Source: Myxococcota bacterium (GTDB lineage Bacteria > Myxococcota_A > UBA9160 > UBA4427). Taken from it: DNA of 64,000 nt. Shown in pieces: positions 9,501 to 16,790 of this stretch. The stretch lies in contig JAXLZA010000011.1 in NCBI GenBank assembly GCA_046351135.1, positions 174,806-238,805 of the forward strand, in the 5' to 3' direction. How positions within the stretch are numbered: the first letter of the stretch is position 1; every line of letters begins with the position of its first letter. Made by a program: the position numbers and the translations under genes. The notes beneath the pieces were generated by a model. That model was not told where the DNA came from. It saw only the letters and a list, made by a program, of their open reading frames with translations, and did no database searches.

Positions 9501-10271
9501 ATGGGACGAATGTCCGGCAAGGTGGCCCTGATCAGTGGCGGTTCCCGGGGCCAGGGCGAGGCGGAGGCCCGGCTGTTCTGCAGCGAGGGCGCGAAGGTCG
9601 TGATCGGCGACGTGCTCGACGAGGCCGGGCGCAAGGTCGCGGCCCAGCTCGGCGACGCCGCGCGCTACGTCCACCTCGACGTGACCCGCGAAGACGACTG
9701 GGCGCGCGCGGTCGAGCAGACGATCGCCGCCTTCGGCCACCTCGACGTGCTCATCAACAACGCCGGCATCGTGCGCACGGGCTACCTCGAGACCCACAGC
9801 CTCGCGGACTACATGGCCGTCGTGAACGTGAACCAGGTCGGCGTGTTCCTCGGCATGCGCGCGGTGATCCCGGCGATGAAGGCCGCAGGGGGCGGCTCGA
9901 TCGTCAACATCTCGTCGAACGCCGGCCTCGAAGGGGTCGAGGGCGTGATCGGCTATGCGGCGAGCAAGTGGGCGGTGCGGGGCATGACGAAGTCCGCGGC
10001 CCTCGAGCTCGGGCAGTACGGCATCCGCGTCAACTCGGTCCATCCCGGCGGCGTCGACACGCCGATGCTCGGCGGTGCCGAGCTCGGCCACATGCTCGCG
10101 ACGAATCCCTTCGCCGGACAGCCGATCCCGCGCATCGCCCAGCCCGAGGAGATCGCGCGCCTCGTGCTCTTCCTCGCCTCGGACGAGAGCAGCTACTCGA
10201 CCGGTGCCGAGTTCGCCGCCGACGGCGGACGCATGGCGGGCCACCGCGACCCGGGCATCGTCGGGCGCTGA
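9501..10271 (+). CDS. SDR oxidoreductase (3-alpha/20-beta-hydroxysteroid dehydrogenase-like)
   Basis: ATG 9501 (the ORF track starts at TTG 9495). GAGGAGAG lies upstream. Motifs GKVALISGGSRGQG, NNAGI, YAASKWAVRG. Confidence 0.9.
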   Translation: MGRMSGKVALISGGSRGQGEAEARLFCSEGAKVVIGDVLDEAGRKVAAQLGDAARYVHLDVTREDDWARAVEQTIAAFGHLDVLINNAGIVRTGYLETHSLADYMAVVNVNQVGVFLGMRAVIPAMKAAGGGSIVNISSNAGLEGVEGVIGYAASKWAVRGMTKSAALELGQYGIRVNSVHPGGVDTPMLGGAELGHMLATNPFAGQPIPRIAQPEEIARLVLFLASDESSYSTGAEFAADGGRMAGHRDPGIVGR

Positions 10272-10291
10272 CCCGCGCCGGGAGGCGCGGG
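10272..10291. terminator. GC hairpin between convergent stop codons (possible bidirectional terminator)
   Basis: CCCGCGCC-GGGA-GGCGCGGG: perfect 8-bp stem with a 4-nt loop. It begins 1 nt after the SDR stop (10269-10271) and ends 4 nt before the minus-strand stop (10295-10297). No U-tract. Confidence 0.4.
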
Positions 10292-10294
10292 GGC

Positions 10295-11017
10295 TCAGGG
10301 TCGGATCGAGACGGGTGTCCCGCGCGGCGCGTGCCGCGCGAGCCAGTCGATCGCCTCGTCTGTGACGGCGACGCAGCCCTCGGTCCAGTCGAGGTCGAGG
10401 TCACCGCGCCAGCGCCGGCCCTCGCCGTGGAAGCCGAGCAGGCCGCCGAGGCGCGTATCCTGGGGCGGCATGCGGCCGGCGGCGTGGGCGGCGACGATGC
10501 GGTGGTGGTCCTCGTTCGGGATCAGGCGGCTCGCGAGCGCCCGATCGGCGTCGGCGATCGACGGGTAGTCGATCGGGATGAAGCGATGGAAGCGGCTCGG
10601 CCGGGGATCGCCGGCGAGGTGGTAGTCGCCCTCCGGAATCCGCTGGTCGCCGCCTCGGAGCTTGGGGCCGACGGGCTCGCGGGAGAGCGCGATCTCGAAG
10701 AGTCGCAGCCCGCCCCCTTCACATGCGGCGATCAAATGCCGCTCGGCCTTGCGGACCTCGATGCGGACGACCCGCTCGCACGGGAGGCTCGACGGATCGG
10801 GGGGCGGCGACGGCTCCGGCACGACCAGCGTGGGCGGCGGCGACGGCGGAACGGACGTCGCTCCGGCAGAATCCGAGCCGGGACGGACGACGGGCGTGCG
10901 AGGACAACCGATGACGAGCCAGCCGAAGGCCTGCGCGAAGACGATCGCGACCACGAGCCTCCGCCGACGCCGCGCGCGCCCGCGGCCCGATTCCGCCGTC
11001 CCCGTCGCCCGCCCCAC
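10295..11017 (-). CDS. L,D-transpeptidase-fold (YkuD/YafK-like) lipoprotein
   Basis: C-terminal block GGLLGFHGEG..WTEGCVAVTDEAIDWL fits the His...(S/T)xGC catalytic pattern of YkuD-type domains. Lipoprotein signal RRRRRLVVAIVFAQAFGWLVIGC. GTG 11017 is chosen as the first start upstream of the signal peptide; the rest of ORF 10295..11278 is Arg/Ser-rich junk. Start is uncertain. Confidence 0.62.
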   Translation of the reverse strand: MGRATGTAESGRGRARRRRRLVVAIVFAQAFGWLVIGCPRTPVVRPGSDSAGATSVPPSPPPTLVVPEPSPPPDPSSLPCERVVRIEVRKAERHLIAACEGGGLRLFEIALSREPVGPKLRGGDQRIPEGDYHLAGDPRPSRFHRFIPIDYPSIADADRALASRLIPNEDHHRIVAAHAAGRMPPQDTRLGGLLGFHGEGRRWRGDLDLDWTEGCVAVTDEAIDWLARHAPRGTPVSIRP

Positions 11018-12386
11018 CGTGCTCCTCGCCGGGCTCGCCACCCTGCTCCCCACCCTGCTCTCCGCCCTGATCTCCGCCCTGCCGTTCGCGCTGGCCTTCG
11101 CCGGCCCGTCCCGGGCGGCCGACGCGCCCGTGCGCGCGCGGTCCCAGCCTGCCCCGGCGCGCACGCCCTTCGCCCCGGTCGTGGGGCGGGCCGAGATCGA
11201 CGTCGTCGGCCCGGGCGACACCCTGCTCGACCTCGCCGAACGCCATCGCCTCGGCTTCGAGCGCGTGGCGCGGCTCAATCCGGAGCTCGACGCCTGGATC
11301 CCGCCGAAGGGCGCGCGCGTCCGGCTCCCGACGCTGCACGTCCTCCCCGACGCACCCCACGAGGGTCTCGTCGTGAATCTGCCCGAGCTCCAGCTCTATG
11401 ACTATGGGGTCGATCGCGAAAGCCCCGAGGTCCTCGCCCTCGCGATCGGCGACGAGCTCGACCCGTCCCTGGTCGGGACCTTCCGGGTCGGACGCAAGCG
11501 CGCGAATCCGGTCTGGCACGTCCCCGAGTCGATCCGGGCGGAGCGCCCCGAGCTTCCGGCGGAGGTCCCGGCCGGCCCCGACAATCCCCTCGGCCCGTTC
11601 TGGCTCACGATCGGCCAGACCAGCTACGGCATCCACGGGACCAACAACCGCTGGTCGATCGGCCGCGAGGCGACCCACGGCTGCCTCCGCCTCTACAACG
11701 ACGTGGTCGAGCGCCTGTACGCGCGGACCCCGACCGGCACACCGATCCGGATCCTCTACCAGACGGTGAAGCTCGGCGTGCGCGACGACGTCGTCTACGT
11801 CGAGGCCCACCCGGATCGCTATCGACGCGAGCCCCATCGGCTCGCGGATGCACCGCCCGTCTCGTCGAGTGGGGGCTCGACGACGAGAGGCGCTCTCGCT
11901 TCTCGAACGCACGATCGAGGCGGCGCGCGGGGAGCCGGTGGCCATCGGCGTCCTGCCCGACGACCCGGCGCCACGCGACGCGCCGCGCGACGACCTCCGC
12001 TACTTCGAGACCGACTTCTTGAACATCGCGTCCGCCCGGCGCGCCGCTTCTTCGGCGCGCTGGGCCGACTTCTGGGCCTCGGTCTCGGCGGCGGTCGCCC
12101 GCTCGACCGCGCTCGCCGCGGTCGCATTCGCCTCGGCCGCGCTCGACTCGACCGCCGAGAGCGATCGTTCCATCGTGCCGAGCCGTCCCTCGATCGCCGC
12201 ATGCTGCGCCTCGAGCGCGTCGAGCCGCTTCTGGGCAGCCTCGAGATCGCCCGTCGATGCACATCCCACCAGCGCGAGCGCGACGAGCGCTCCCAGTCCC
12301 GCGACACTCGATCGGATCATCCTGTCTGCCATGTGTCCCTCCTCGCCGTCCCGGCCGCTCCTGGGCCGCGCGGACGGGCTGCATGA
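10911..12386 (+). CDS. LysM + YkuD L,D-transpeptidase (3' end unreliable; possible frameshift)
   Basis: Frame-0 ORF (track 10662..12386). Signal-like VLLAGLATLLPTLLSALISALPFALAFA, LysM-like DVVGPGDTLLDLAERHRLGFERVARLNP, and YkuD core PLGPFWLTIGQTSYGIHGTNNRWSIGREATHGCLRLYNDVV. Start is ATG 10911 or GTG 11019. Family-like sequence stops near 11840; the conserved C-terminus continues in the +1 frame (see findings). Confidence 0.7.
   Translation: MTSQPKACAKTIATTSLRRRRARPRPDSAVPVARPTVLLAGLATLLPTLLSALISALPFALAFAGPSRAADAPVRARSQPAPARTPFAPVVGRAEIDVVGPGDTLLDLAERHRLGFERVARLNPELDAWIPPKGARVRLPTLHVLPDAPHEGLVVNLPELQLYDYGVDRESPEVLALAIGDELDPSLVGTFRVGRKRANPVWHVPESIRAERPELPAEVPAGPDNPLGPFWLTIGQTSYGIHGTNNRWSIGREATHGCLRLYNDVVERLYARTPTGTPIRILYQTVKLGVRDDVVYVEAHPDRYRREPHRLADAPPVSSSGGSTTRGALASRTHDRGGARGAGGHRRPARRPGATRRAARRPPLLRDRLLEHRVRPARRFFGALGRLLGLGLGGGRPLDRARRGRIRLGRARLDRRERSFHRAEPSLDRRMLRLERVEPLLGSLEIARRCTSHQRERDERSQSRDTRSDHPVCHVSLLAVPAAPGPRGRAA
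12000..12332 (-). CDS. Lpp/OprI-like alanine-zipper outer-membrane lipoprotein
   Basis: 110 aa. ATG 12332 with GGAGGG 5 nt upstream. Signal peptide plus lipobox (GALVALALVGC), Ala/Glu/Gln-rich coiled-coil-like body, C-terminal ..EEAARRADAMFKKSVSK ending in Lys. Confidence 0.78.
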   Translation of the reverse strand: MADRMIRSSVAGLGALVALALVGCASTGDLEAAQKRLDALEAQHAAIEGRLGTMERSLSAVESSAAEANATAASAVERATAAETEAQKSAQRAEEAARRADAMFKKSVSK

Positions 12387-12824
12387 ATTGCTCCGCGCCG
12401 AGACATAGCAAGAAGGCTGCCAGGGGCGATCGGCGGACGAGCGGTGCCGTCCTCGAACGGAGGCCCGCCGGACGCCTCCGTGCGCCGGCCCGCTCGCCGA
12501 GACGCGACCCGAAATGTCCCGCTCCCGGCCCGGATCGGGGCGGTGTGTCGCAGATCCCCCCGCCCCGGGGCGGGCTCGACCTTCTCCCGCCGCCCGCGGC
12601 GCCCGGGCTCCCGAGCCGGCTCTCGCCCCCGGACCGACCGGTCCCGGGCTGGCACTCGCCCCTCGCGCGGCCTCCCGCCCCCTCTCCCCGGGCCCCGCCC
12701 TGGGCCGCGTCCCGTCCTGGCCCGCGTCCCGAACCCCTCGATCGGGGAGTGAATCCGGTCCAGACCTCATGCAAAACCGGGCTTTCTGCCGAGAAAGTGC
12801 CGGCGACTTGCGCCGATCAGATTC

Positions 12825-12864
12825 GAAATCTCGCGATTTCTGCGGACTCGGGTGCGATTTCCGC
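12825..12864. repeat. Inverted repeat GAAATC-TCGC-GATTTC overlapping a direct repeat GCGATTTCYGC at 21-bp spacing (candidate operator)
   Basis: IR at 12825-12840. Direct-repeat copies at 12833-12843 and 12854-12864 (10/11 identical). Located in the least GC-rich part of the 640-bp divergent intergenic region, about 110-150 nt upstream of the PEP-CTERM gene. Confidence 0.4.
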
Positions 12865-12974
12865 CTCCGAGACGCCACTCCACCCCAAGCCCAGACCGGC
12901 TTCGGGGTCGGGCCCGGCTCGAAGCAGCGGCGCGAGCAACCCACCACGTAGAAGAAAGCAGCAGGCAGGGACAA

Positions 12975-13502
12975 ATGACGATGCGGATCTCGAAGCAGAA
13001 GAATGGGATGATGCGGAGCGCGGTGGCCGGGCTCGCGGGGCTGGCGGCGACGGTGGTCGCGGCGGCGGATGCCCAGGCCAACAACGTGATCGTGAACCAG
13101 GGGCTCACGGGCAACACGACCTACTTCGGCGCGCTGCACACCGACGACCAGGACTTCACGGACGTCTTCAACATCGCCATCTCCGGCTCGATCCTGGCGA
13201 ACGTCAGCCTGACGACGATCGGCTCGGGCCTGCAGAACATCGATTTCGTGAGCGCGGACCTGAACGGCACGCCCCTGACGCTGGGCCCGAACGGCTTCGT
13301 CGAGACGGGCTTCCTGAACGACACGCTCCTGCAGGGCCCCCTGGTCCTCACGATCAAGGGCCGGAGCGGCGCGGCCGGCGGAACCTTCGCCTCCTACTCG
13401 GGCACGCTCAACGTGAACATCGTGCCCGAGCCCTCGACCGCGCTCCTGATGGGCCTCGGTCTCGGCGGCCTCGTCCTCGCGACGCGCCGCGCGCGAGCCT
13501 GA
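12975..13502 (+). CDS. PEP-CTERM sorting-domain secreted protein
   Basis: ATG 12975 (or 12981) inside ORF 12852..13502. Signal peptide MMRSAVAGLAGLAATVVAAADAQA. C-terminus VPEPSTALLMGLGLGGLVLATRRARA has the PEP motif, a TM helix and a basic tail. Confidence 0.85.
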   Translation: MTMRISKQKNGMMRSAVAGLAGLAATVVAAADAQANNVIVNQGLTGNTTYFGALHTDDQDFTDVFNIAISGSILANVSLTTIGSGLQNIDFVSADLNGTPLTLGPNGFVETGFLNDTLLQGPLVLTIKGRSGAAGGTFASYSGTLNVNIVPEPSTALLMGLGLGGLVLATRRARA

Positions 13503-13521
13503 TCCGCCCCGAAGCCGCCGA

Positions 13522-13568
13522 CGCGCGCCCGCCCCGACCCGACCGCATCGACGGGGCGGCGGCGCGCG
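13522..13568 (+). terminator. Candidate intrinsic terminator after the PEP-CTERM gene
   Basis: 8-bp stem (13529-13536 / 13552-13559, CCGCCCCG/CGGGGCGG), extended by 7 further GC pairs across a 2-nt bulge. 15-nt loop, followed by the T-containing GTTCGATTGG. Starts 20 nt after the stop. Confidence 0.4.
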
Positions 13569-13702
13569 TTCGATTGGCTATCCCTTCTCCGTCCGACGAC
13601 GGCCCGATCGATCGAGCCCGGCTCGACCGATCGGCGACGTCGCCACTCCGCGTGCGGGACGCGCGGACGTGAAGACGTGAAGAGGTGAGAAAGGAGCCGA
13701 TC

Positions 13703-14854
13703 GTGGAGTTCGATCCCCAGGCGCTCTCCGAGCTGCCCGACCCCTATCCGGTGTTCGCCGAGCTGCGCGAGCAGCATCCGATCCACTACAGCCCCGAGCG
13801 TGATCTCTGGGTCGTGTCCCGCTACGACGACGTCCGCAGGGTCCTGCTCGACGCCGAGACCTTCGCGTCGGGCAAGGGGACGGTGCCGACGGGCTTCGTG
13901 GCGGTGAAGCCGATGCTGATCACGCAGGATCCGCCCTACCACACCCATCTGCGCAGCGCGGTCCATCTCGCCTTCACGCCGCGGCGCATGGCGAAGCTCG
14001 ACGCCTTCATCCGCCGCGTGACCCGCGAGCTGCTCGACGCCATCGACCCGAAGAGCGAGACCGATTTGTTCTCGGCGTTGACCGATCCGCTGCCCGTCGC
14101 CGTGATCACCGAGCTGCTCGGCATCGGCTTCGAGGATCGCCGGACCTTCAGCCACTACGCGGGCGCCATCATCCACGCGGATGCGGGCCACGGCCCGAGC
14201 GCCGCCGAGGCGATCGAGTGGATCTACGCCTACCTCGAGCGCGTGCTGCCCGAGCGCGAGGCGAATCCCGGCGACGATCTCGTCAGCCGGCTGCTCCATC
14301 CGGGGCCCGGCGAGCCGAAGCTGACCCACGACGAGGTCGTCGGCTTCTCGGCCCTGCTGCTGATGGCGGGGACCGAGACCACGACCAACGCCCTCGGCAA
14401 CGCGATCGCGGTGCTCCACGACCGGCCCGAGATCCGGGCGCGCCTTGCCGCGAACCCGGCGGGCATCCCGCGCGCGGTGGAGGAGTGTCTCCGCTTCGAG
14501 TCGCCCGTCCCCGGGCTCTCCCGCGTCACGACTCGCGACGTCGAGCTCCACGGCCGCAAGATCCCGGAAGGCGCCCGCGTCCACATGGCCTTCGCCGCCG
14601 CGAACCGCGACGAGCGCATGTTCCCGAACGGCGAGACCTTCGAGCCCGATCGCCAGCCGAACGCCCACCTCGCGTTCAGCCTCGGGATCCACTTCTGCCT
14701 GGGCGCGTCGCTCGCGCGCACGGAGCTGAAGATCGCCCTCGAGGAGCTGCTCGCGCGGCATCCGAACTACCGGATCTTCCCGGAGCGCGGCAAGCGCCTG
14801 CGCAGCGACGCTGCGCGCGGCTTCTCGTTCCTGCCCTGCATCGCTGCGCCCTGA
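13703..14854 (+). CDS. Cytochrome P450
   Basis: GTG 13703 with AAGGAG and a 6-nt spacer (the track ORF starts at GTG 13685, a possible alternative). I-helix LLLMAGTETTTNALGNA, ExxR EECLRFESP, haem loop FSLGIHFCLGASLARTE. Confidence 0.9.
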   Translation: MEFDPQALSELPDPYPVFAELREQHPIHYSPERDLWVVSRYDDVRRVLLDAETFASGKGTVPTGFVAVKPMLITQDPPYHTHLRSAVHLAFTPRRMAKLDAFIRRVTRELLDAIDPKSETDLFSALTDPLPVAVITELLGIGFEDRRTFSHYAGAIIHADAGHGPSAAEAIEWIYAYLERVLPEREANPGDDLVSRLLHPGPGEPKLTHDEVVGFSALLLMAGTETTTNALGNAIAVLHDRPEIRARLAANPAGIPRAVEECLRFESPVPGLSRVTTRDVELHGRKIPEGARVHMAFAAANRDERMFPNGETFEPDRQPNAHLAFSLGIHFCLGASLARTELKIALEELLARHPNYRIFPERGKRLRSDAARGFSFLPCIAAP

Positions 14855-14902
14855 GGCGGCGCCGGTGAGCGCGGTCGCAGCCGGATCGCCGGCGCGGCGG
14901 CG

Positions 14903-14927
14903 ACGGGTCGAGCCGCGCGCGACCCGT
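14903..14927. terminator. Hairpin between convergent genes (possible bidirectional terminator)
   Basis: ACGGGTCG-(9 nt)-CGACCCGT, an 8-bp stem, in the 90-nt gap between the P450 stop (14854) and the D-aminoacylase stop (14945). No U-tract. Confidence 0.3.
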
Positions 14928-14944
14928 GCGCGGCGCGTCCGTCC

Positions 14945-16672
14945 TCAGGCGCGCGCGGCGCCCGGGACGTCGACGGTGACCGTGTCGCGGCCAGAGCGCA
15001 GGATGCGGCCCGGGCGCGCGCCGGTCAGCTTGCCACCGCGCACCACGTCGACCCCACCGACCGCGACCGCCTCGACGCCGATCGCCTCGGCGTAGAGCCG
15101 CGCCGCGCCGCCCGGCAGATCCGAGCGGCTCTCGACCGGCCCGCGATCGACGCGCGCCGCGTCGAAGACGACGAAGTCCGCGACCGCCCCCTCGCGCAGC
15201 TCGCCGCGATCCCGGAAGCCGTAGAGCTTCGCCGGCACCTGGGCCAGCTGCTGCACCGCCTGCTCGACCGTCATGATCCCCCGCTGCCGCACGCCCTCGG
15301 CGAGGAGCTTCGTCGAGTATGCGAAGGCCGTCCCGATGTCGAGATGCGCCCCCGCGTCCGAGGCGCCGACCACGACGCGCGGATCGAGCAGGAGCTCGCC
15401 CCGGATCTTCCAGCTCGCGTCGTCCGCGCCGACCCGGACCGGGACGAAGAGCGTGCGGAGCTCGTCGGCCAGCGCGATGTCGAGCAGCGCATCGACCGGG
15501 TCGAGGCCGCGCTCGCGGGCGACGTCGCCGACCTTGCGGCCGACGAGGCCCGCGTTCTTCGGGAGGTGGACCCGGGAGATCTCCATGCGCGCGAAGTCCG
15601 AGTAGTCGGCGAGCGGGCCGCGCAGGGCCTCGGCGGTCGCGCGCTTGATCGGCTCGCGCTCGGCGGGATCCGCCAGCGCGCGCCGCCGCTCCTCGAGCGG
15701 GAGCGCCATCACCTTCGCGAAGCCCGGCAGCCCGCCGAAGTAGAACGGGCTCGCGAAGTCGACGAAGAACTCCATCGGATGGGGCACCGACAGGGGCACG
15801 ACCCGCGCCCCCCGCGCCGCCGCTCGGTCCGAGAGCGCGAGCTGGCGCAGGTAGTCGGCGGGCTTCTCGGCGTTGACGATGAGCACGTTCCAGTTGATCG
15901 GCCGCCCCGCCTCGAGCGACATGCGGATCATCGTCTCGCCGGTCGCATCGAAGTCGCCGAGCGAAGGCGCGAACTCGAGGGTCGTCCCGGGATGCGCCCG
16001 CACGACGCGACAGAGGGCGAGCAGCTCCTCGTCGCTCGCGTGATACGACGGCACCCGCGCCCCTTCGTAGTCCTGGTGCACCGGCGTCCGGCCCGACGAG
16101 AGCCCGAGCCCGCCCTCGCGCAGGCTCGTCGCGAGCAGCGCCGACATCGCCTCGAGCTCGGCGGGCGTCGCGCGCTCGCCGATCGAGCGCTCGCCCATCA
16201 CGACGCGGCGGATCGCGGAGTGGCCGACGAGGAAGCCCGCATTGATGCCGATCCCGGCGTCGAGGAAGTCGAGATACTCGCCGAAGCTGCGCCAGCCCCA
16301 GGGCCCGCCCGCCTCGAGCGACTCGAGGGGCATGCCCTCGACGCGCGCCAGCATGCGGCGGATGTAGCGTCCCCCGTCGTCCGCGAGCGGCGCGATCGTG
16401 AAGCCGCAGTTGCCGCCGACGACCGTCGTCACGCCGTGGAAGCAGGACGGCGTCGCCGCGCGATCCCAGAGCAGCTGCGCGTCGTAGTGGGTATGGATGT
16501 CGATGAAGCCCGGCGCGACGATCGCACCGTCCGCGTCGAGGGTCTCGCGCGCGGACTCGGTCAGCCGACCGATCGCGGCGATGCGGCCGTCCCGGATCCC
16601 GACGTCCGCCGTGCGCCGCGGCGCTCCCGTCCCATCGACAACCAGGCCCCCTCGGATCAATCGGTCGAACAT
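14945..16672 (-). CDS. N-acyl-D-amino-acid deacylase (D-aminoacylase) family amidohydrolase
   Basis: ATG 16672 inside ORF 14945..17077. N-terminus MFDRLIRGGLVVDGTGAPRRTADVGIRDGRIAAIG..APGFIDIHTHYD (HxH metal site). 575 aa. Confidence 0.88.
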   Translation of the reverse strand: MFDRLIRGGLVVDGTGAPRRTADVGIRDGRIAAIGRLTESARETLDADGAIVAPGFIDIHTHYDAQLLWDRAATPSCFHGVTTVVGGNCGFTIAPLADDGGRYIRRMLARVEGMPLESLEAGGPWGWRSFGEYLDFLDAGIGINAGFLVGHSAIRRVVMGERSIGERATPAELEAMSALLATSLREGGLGLSSGRTPVHQDYEGARVPSYHASDEELLALCRVVRAHPGTTLEFAPSLGDFDATGETMIRMSLEAGRPINWNVLIVNAEKPADYLRQLALSDRAAARGARVVPLSVPHPMEFFVDFASPFYFGGLPGFAKVMALPLEERRRALADPAEREPIKRATAEALRGPLADYSDFARMEISRVHLPKNAGLVGRKVGDVARERGLDPVDALLDIALADELRTLFVPVRVGADDASWKIRGELLLDPRVVVGASDAGAHLDIGTAFAYSTKLLAEGVRQRGIMTVEQAVQQLAQVPAKLYGFRDRGELREGAVADFVVFDAARVDRGPVESRSDLPGGAARLYAEAIGVEAVAVGGVDVVRGGKLTGARPGRILRSGRDTVTVDVPGAARA

Positions 16673-16790
16673 GGCCACACCTCCGCGTGGCCTCATTCTC
16701 TGTCGCGCGGCGGCGCGTGGCAAGTCCGGGTCCGAAGGGCGGTCGGAGGCCGCGTTGACGGCCCGGATGGGGTGGTGGAGAGTCCGCTTC

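Noticed and set aside
5814-10244. 1476-aa ORF on the minus strand, the longest ORF in the window
   Set aside because: It lies antisense to the SDR, DUF748 and SDR genes. The text is Arg/Gly/Asp/Glu/Ala-rich and low in complexity, with no motifs. Its third codon positions coincide with those of the plus-strand genes, making it a typical shadow ORF of a roughly 70 % GC genome.
11848-12408. 186-aa plus-strand ORF as an independent gene
   Set aside because: Its only protein-like part (..ALSLLERTIEAARGEPVAIGV..) looks like the displaced C-terminus of the upstream L,D-transpeptidase. The rest is antisense to the well-supported lpp-like gene. Treated as a frame-shifted continuation rather than a separate gene.
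12770-12830. Possible c-di-GMP (GEMM-like) riboswitch upstream of the PEP-CTERM gene (GCAAAACC..hairpin..GACTTGCGCC)
   Set aside because: Only a superficial resemblance. I could not find the two conserved helices with the tetraloop/receptor arrangement. It needs cmscan and is not supportable by eye.
12444-12951. ORFs of 102 and 145 aa inside the long intergenic region
   Set aside because: Pro/Arg/Gly/Ser-rich with no SD, no hydrophobic core and no motif. More likely non-coding GC-rich DNA.
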